A stretch of DNA of 60,086 nt from positions 1-60,086 of the forward strand of contig JAGVXO010000008.1 of assembly GCA_018303755.1 (NCBI GenBank). The letters are read 5' to 3'. Positions 58,235-60,086 of the stretch are shown here, in pieces; position 1 is the stretch's first letter; every line of letters starts with the position of its first letter. The stretch is from Candidatus Pacearchaeota archaeon (GTDB lineage Archaea; Nanobdellota; Nanobdellia; Pacearchaeales; GW2011-AR1). Made by a program: the position numbers and the translations under genes. The notes beneath the pieces were generated by a model, which saw nothing but the letters and a program-made list of their open reading frames with translations, had not been told where the DNA came from and ran no database searches.

Positions 58235-59571
58235 TTGAGCGAGAGGTGACAATGTTAAAAGCAATAAAAGAATCTGCAAAAGAGTTTATCAAAAAAACAG
58301 AATTCAAAAAGATAAGAGTGATAAGCCATAACGATTCGGATGGAATAACCTCTGCAGCAATAATAACAAAAGCACTTCAAAGGCTCGGCAGAAAATTCTC
58401 CTTGATAATTGTAAAACAGCTTGAAGAGGAGTTTATAAGAACTCTTCCAGAAGAGGAAATTATCCTGTTTCTCGACCTTGCCTCAAACAGCTTTAATTAT
58501 ATCAAAAAATTAAAAACAGAAGTGTTTATTCTTGACCATCACGAAATAATCTCTGAAATTCCTGAAAATGTAACAATAATCAATCCGCATTTGTTTAATG
58601 AAGAAGAAATAAGTGGAGCAGGAATTTCTTATTTGTTTGCAAGAGAATTAAACGATGAGAATAAAGATTTAGCATATCTCGCAGTTATTGGGATGGTTGG
58701 AGATATGCTTGAAAAAAATTTGGGAAAAATATTGCAAGGCATTCTGAATGATTCAAAAGTAATTGTAAAAAAGGGGCTGACATTATATCCTGCAACGCGC
58801 CCGTTGAACAAAGTCCTTGAGTATAATTCAGATGTTTATATCCCTGGAGTGACTGGTTCTAATCAAGGTACAAAAGAATTTCTCAGGGAAAATGGAATAG
58901 GAAGAATTGGAGGGCAGTTCAAAAGCATAATTGAGCTCGACAAAGAAGAGATGTCCAAATTAATCACAGCAATAACTCTTCAAGCAACCAACAAGAATGG
59001 TGCTTCTGATTTAATAGGCAATATTTATTTGATAAACATTTTCAATAAACTTGAAGATGTGCGGCAGGTAAGTGCAATGCTAAATGCCTGCAGCAGATTG
59101 GGAGAAAGCGGAATTGCAATTGCATATGCCCTCCAGAATAAAAAGGCGAAAGAATCTGCAGAAGTAATCTATGCAAAATACAAGCAGAGTTTAGTTAATG
59201 CACTTGACTCGCTTCCAAAATTAAAAAAGATAAAAGATAAAAATTACCTGATAATAAATGCAGAAGACAAAATAAAAGACACGATAATAGGAACAATTGC
59301 AAGCATAATCTCAAATTCAAAAGAGTATGAGGAAGGAACTGCAATTATTGCAATGGCTTATAATGAGGATAAAATAAAAGTATCTGCGAGAATGGTTGGC
59401 AAGAACGGAAAAAATATACGTGAAGTTTTGAATTCGGTTATTGAAATCATAGGCGGAGAAGTCGGAGGGCACAAATTCGCAGCAGGATGCCTTGTGGAAA
59501 AGTCAAAAGAAGCCGAATTCATAAAAGAGCTCAAAAAGCACCTTGAGGTAGAATTGGTAAAGATAAAATAA
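58231..59571 (+). CDS. DHH/RecJ-like phosphoesterase
   Basis: SHNDSDG, FLDL, LDHH, GMVGD, DHHA1 GGHKFAAG. Confidence 0.9.
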   Translation: MIEREVTMLKAIKESAKEFIKKTEFKKIRVISHNDSDGITSAAIITKALQRLGRKFSLIIVKQLEEEFIRTLPEEEIILFLDLASNSFNYIKKLKTEVFILDHHEIISEIPENVTIINPHLFNEEEISGAGISYLFARELNDENKDLAYLAVIGMVGDMLEKNLGKILQGILNDSKVIVKKGLTLYPATRPLNKVLEYNSDVYIPGVTGSNQGTKEFLRENGIGRIGGQFKSIIELDKEEMSKLITAITLQATNKNGASDLIGNIYLINIFNKLEDVRQVSAMLNACSRLGESGIAIAYALQNKKAKESAEVIYAKYKQSLVNALDSLPKLKKIKDKNYLIINAEDKIKDTIIGTIASIISNSKEYEEGTAIIAMAYNEDKIKVSARMVGKNGKNIREVLNSVIEIIGGEVGGHKFAAGCLVEKSKEAEFIKELKKHLEVELVKIK

Positions 59572-59604
59572 AAGAAAGAAAAAGGAAAAAGTAATTTTGA
59601 AAAA

Positions 59605-60003
59605 TTAACCAGTTGAATTGGTTCTATTTGAATTATTTGTTGGGTTCGTCGAGTTTGTTACAGGCATTAAAGTAGCATTAATGCTAATCGTCCTGCCAGC
59701 AATCACACGGACATCAACAATATAACTATTATACCCGGATTTAGTTAGTTTTATACGATAGAATCTAGGAGTTAATCCATTTAGTGTTTTTGGAGTAGTT
59801 CCTTTATTAACACCATCTAGATATATGCTCGCTGATGTGGGGATACTTGCTATTTTCAAGCCTCCTGTTTGCGTACTGCTATTGGTGCTATTTGTAGTAT
59901 TCGCTATAGGGCTAAACATTGGAGAATTTGAAGACAGGGCATTATATCCAATAAATCCCACTACCAATAAAACTGCTGCTGCAATTATCCATGCATATTT
60001 CAT
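59605..60003 (-). CDS. PEGA-domain surface protein with N-terminal anchor
   Basis: SIPTSASIYLDG..GTTP..L.GL....Y.IKLTKSGY; N/S/T-rich linkers. Confidence 0.85.
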   Translation of the reverse strand: MKYAWIIAAAVLLVVGFIGYNALSSNSPMFSPIANTTNSTNSSTQTGGLKIASIPTSASIYLDGVNKGTTPKTLNGLTPRFYRIKLTKSGYNSYIVDVRVIAGRTISINATLMPVTNSTNPTNNSNRTNSTG

Positions 60004-60086
60004 TTTATCACCTCCTTTCAATCACTTTAATCAAATCCTCCTTTCAGAAGATTAACATTTTGAGGGGGGGGGCGTTATAAATATTT
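60001..60086 (-). promoter_or_regulatory. Promoter/leader copy 2: TATA (TTTATAA), C9 tract, GGAGGTGA SD
   Basis: Shares blocks with 56162-56275. Confidence 0.65.

Noticed and set aside
814-58811. Numerous antisense or nested ORFs in the six-frame track (e.g. 11051-11395, 12163-12609, 31910-32452, 52382-52843, 55127-55531)
   Set aside because: They lie opposite confidently identified genes, and their F/S/L-rich composition mirrors K/E-rich sense strands

Overview
A 60 kb, AT-rich chromosomal segment of a DPANN archaeon, most consistent with Pacearchaeota/Woesearchaeota (inference). The evidence is archaeal TFB, TFE, Alba, S8e/S17e/S3Ae/L44e, intron-containing tRNAs and EndA, alongside a bacterial-type LeuRS and a short AlaRS. 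Most of the window is informational housekeeping: TyrRS, AlaRS, LeuRS, GlyRS, RNase Z, Lsm, SRP54, FtsY, Bud32, GINS, a RecJ-like DHH protein, NDK and 8 tRNAs, interspersed with small membrane or secreted orphans. The top candidate for an undescribed system is a translationally coupled pair: a prepilin-like (RG|Q) protein and a 2435-aa exported protein. The giant protein's C-terminus carries a lytic-transglycosylase-like domain, a dockerin-like domain and a GH3 NagZ-like domain, i.e. a peptidoglycan-attack payload in an archaeon that has no peptidoglycan. Other notable signals: (1) about 9 dispersed REP/MITE-like intergenic elements; (2) leuS split by an out-of-frame deletion in the editing domain and carrying an inserted Nudix domain; (3) a tRNA-Leu-linked toxin-antitoxin island whose HEPN toxin has an amber stop and is followed by an orphan paralogous C-terminal cassette; (4) twin promoters with G8/G9 tracts upstream of two surface-protein genes; (5) an 11-aa poly-Lys micro-ORF with a perfect Shine-Dalgarno; (6) GlyRS with an extra N-terminal module beside a 24-bp palindrome. 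Several lesions sit in homopolymers or are clean deletions, so assembly error must be excluded with reads. All family assignments come from motif recognition, not database searches.
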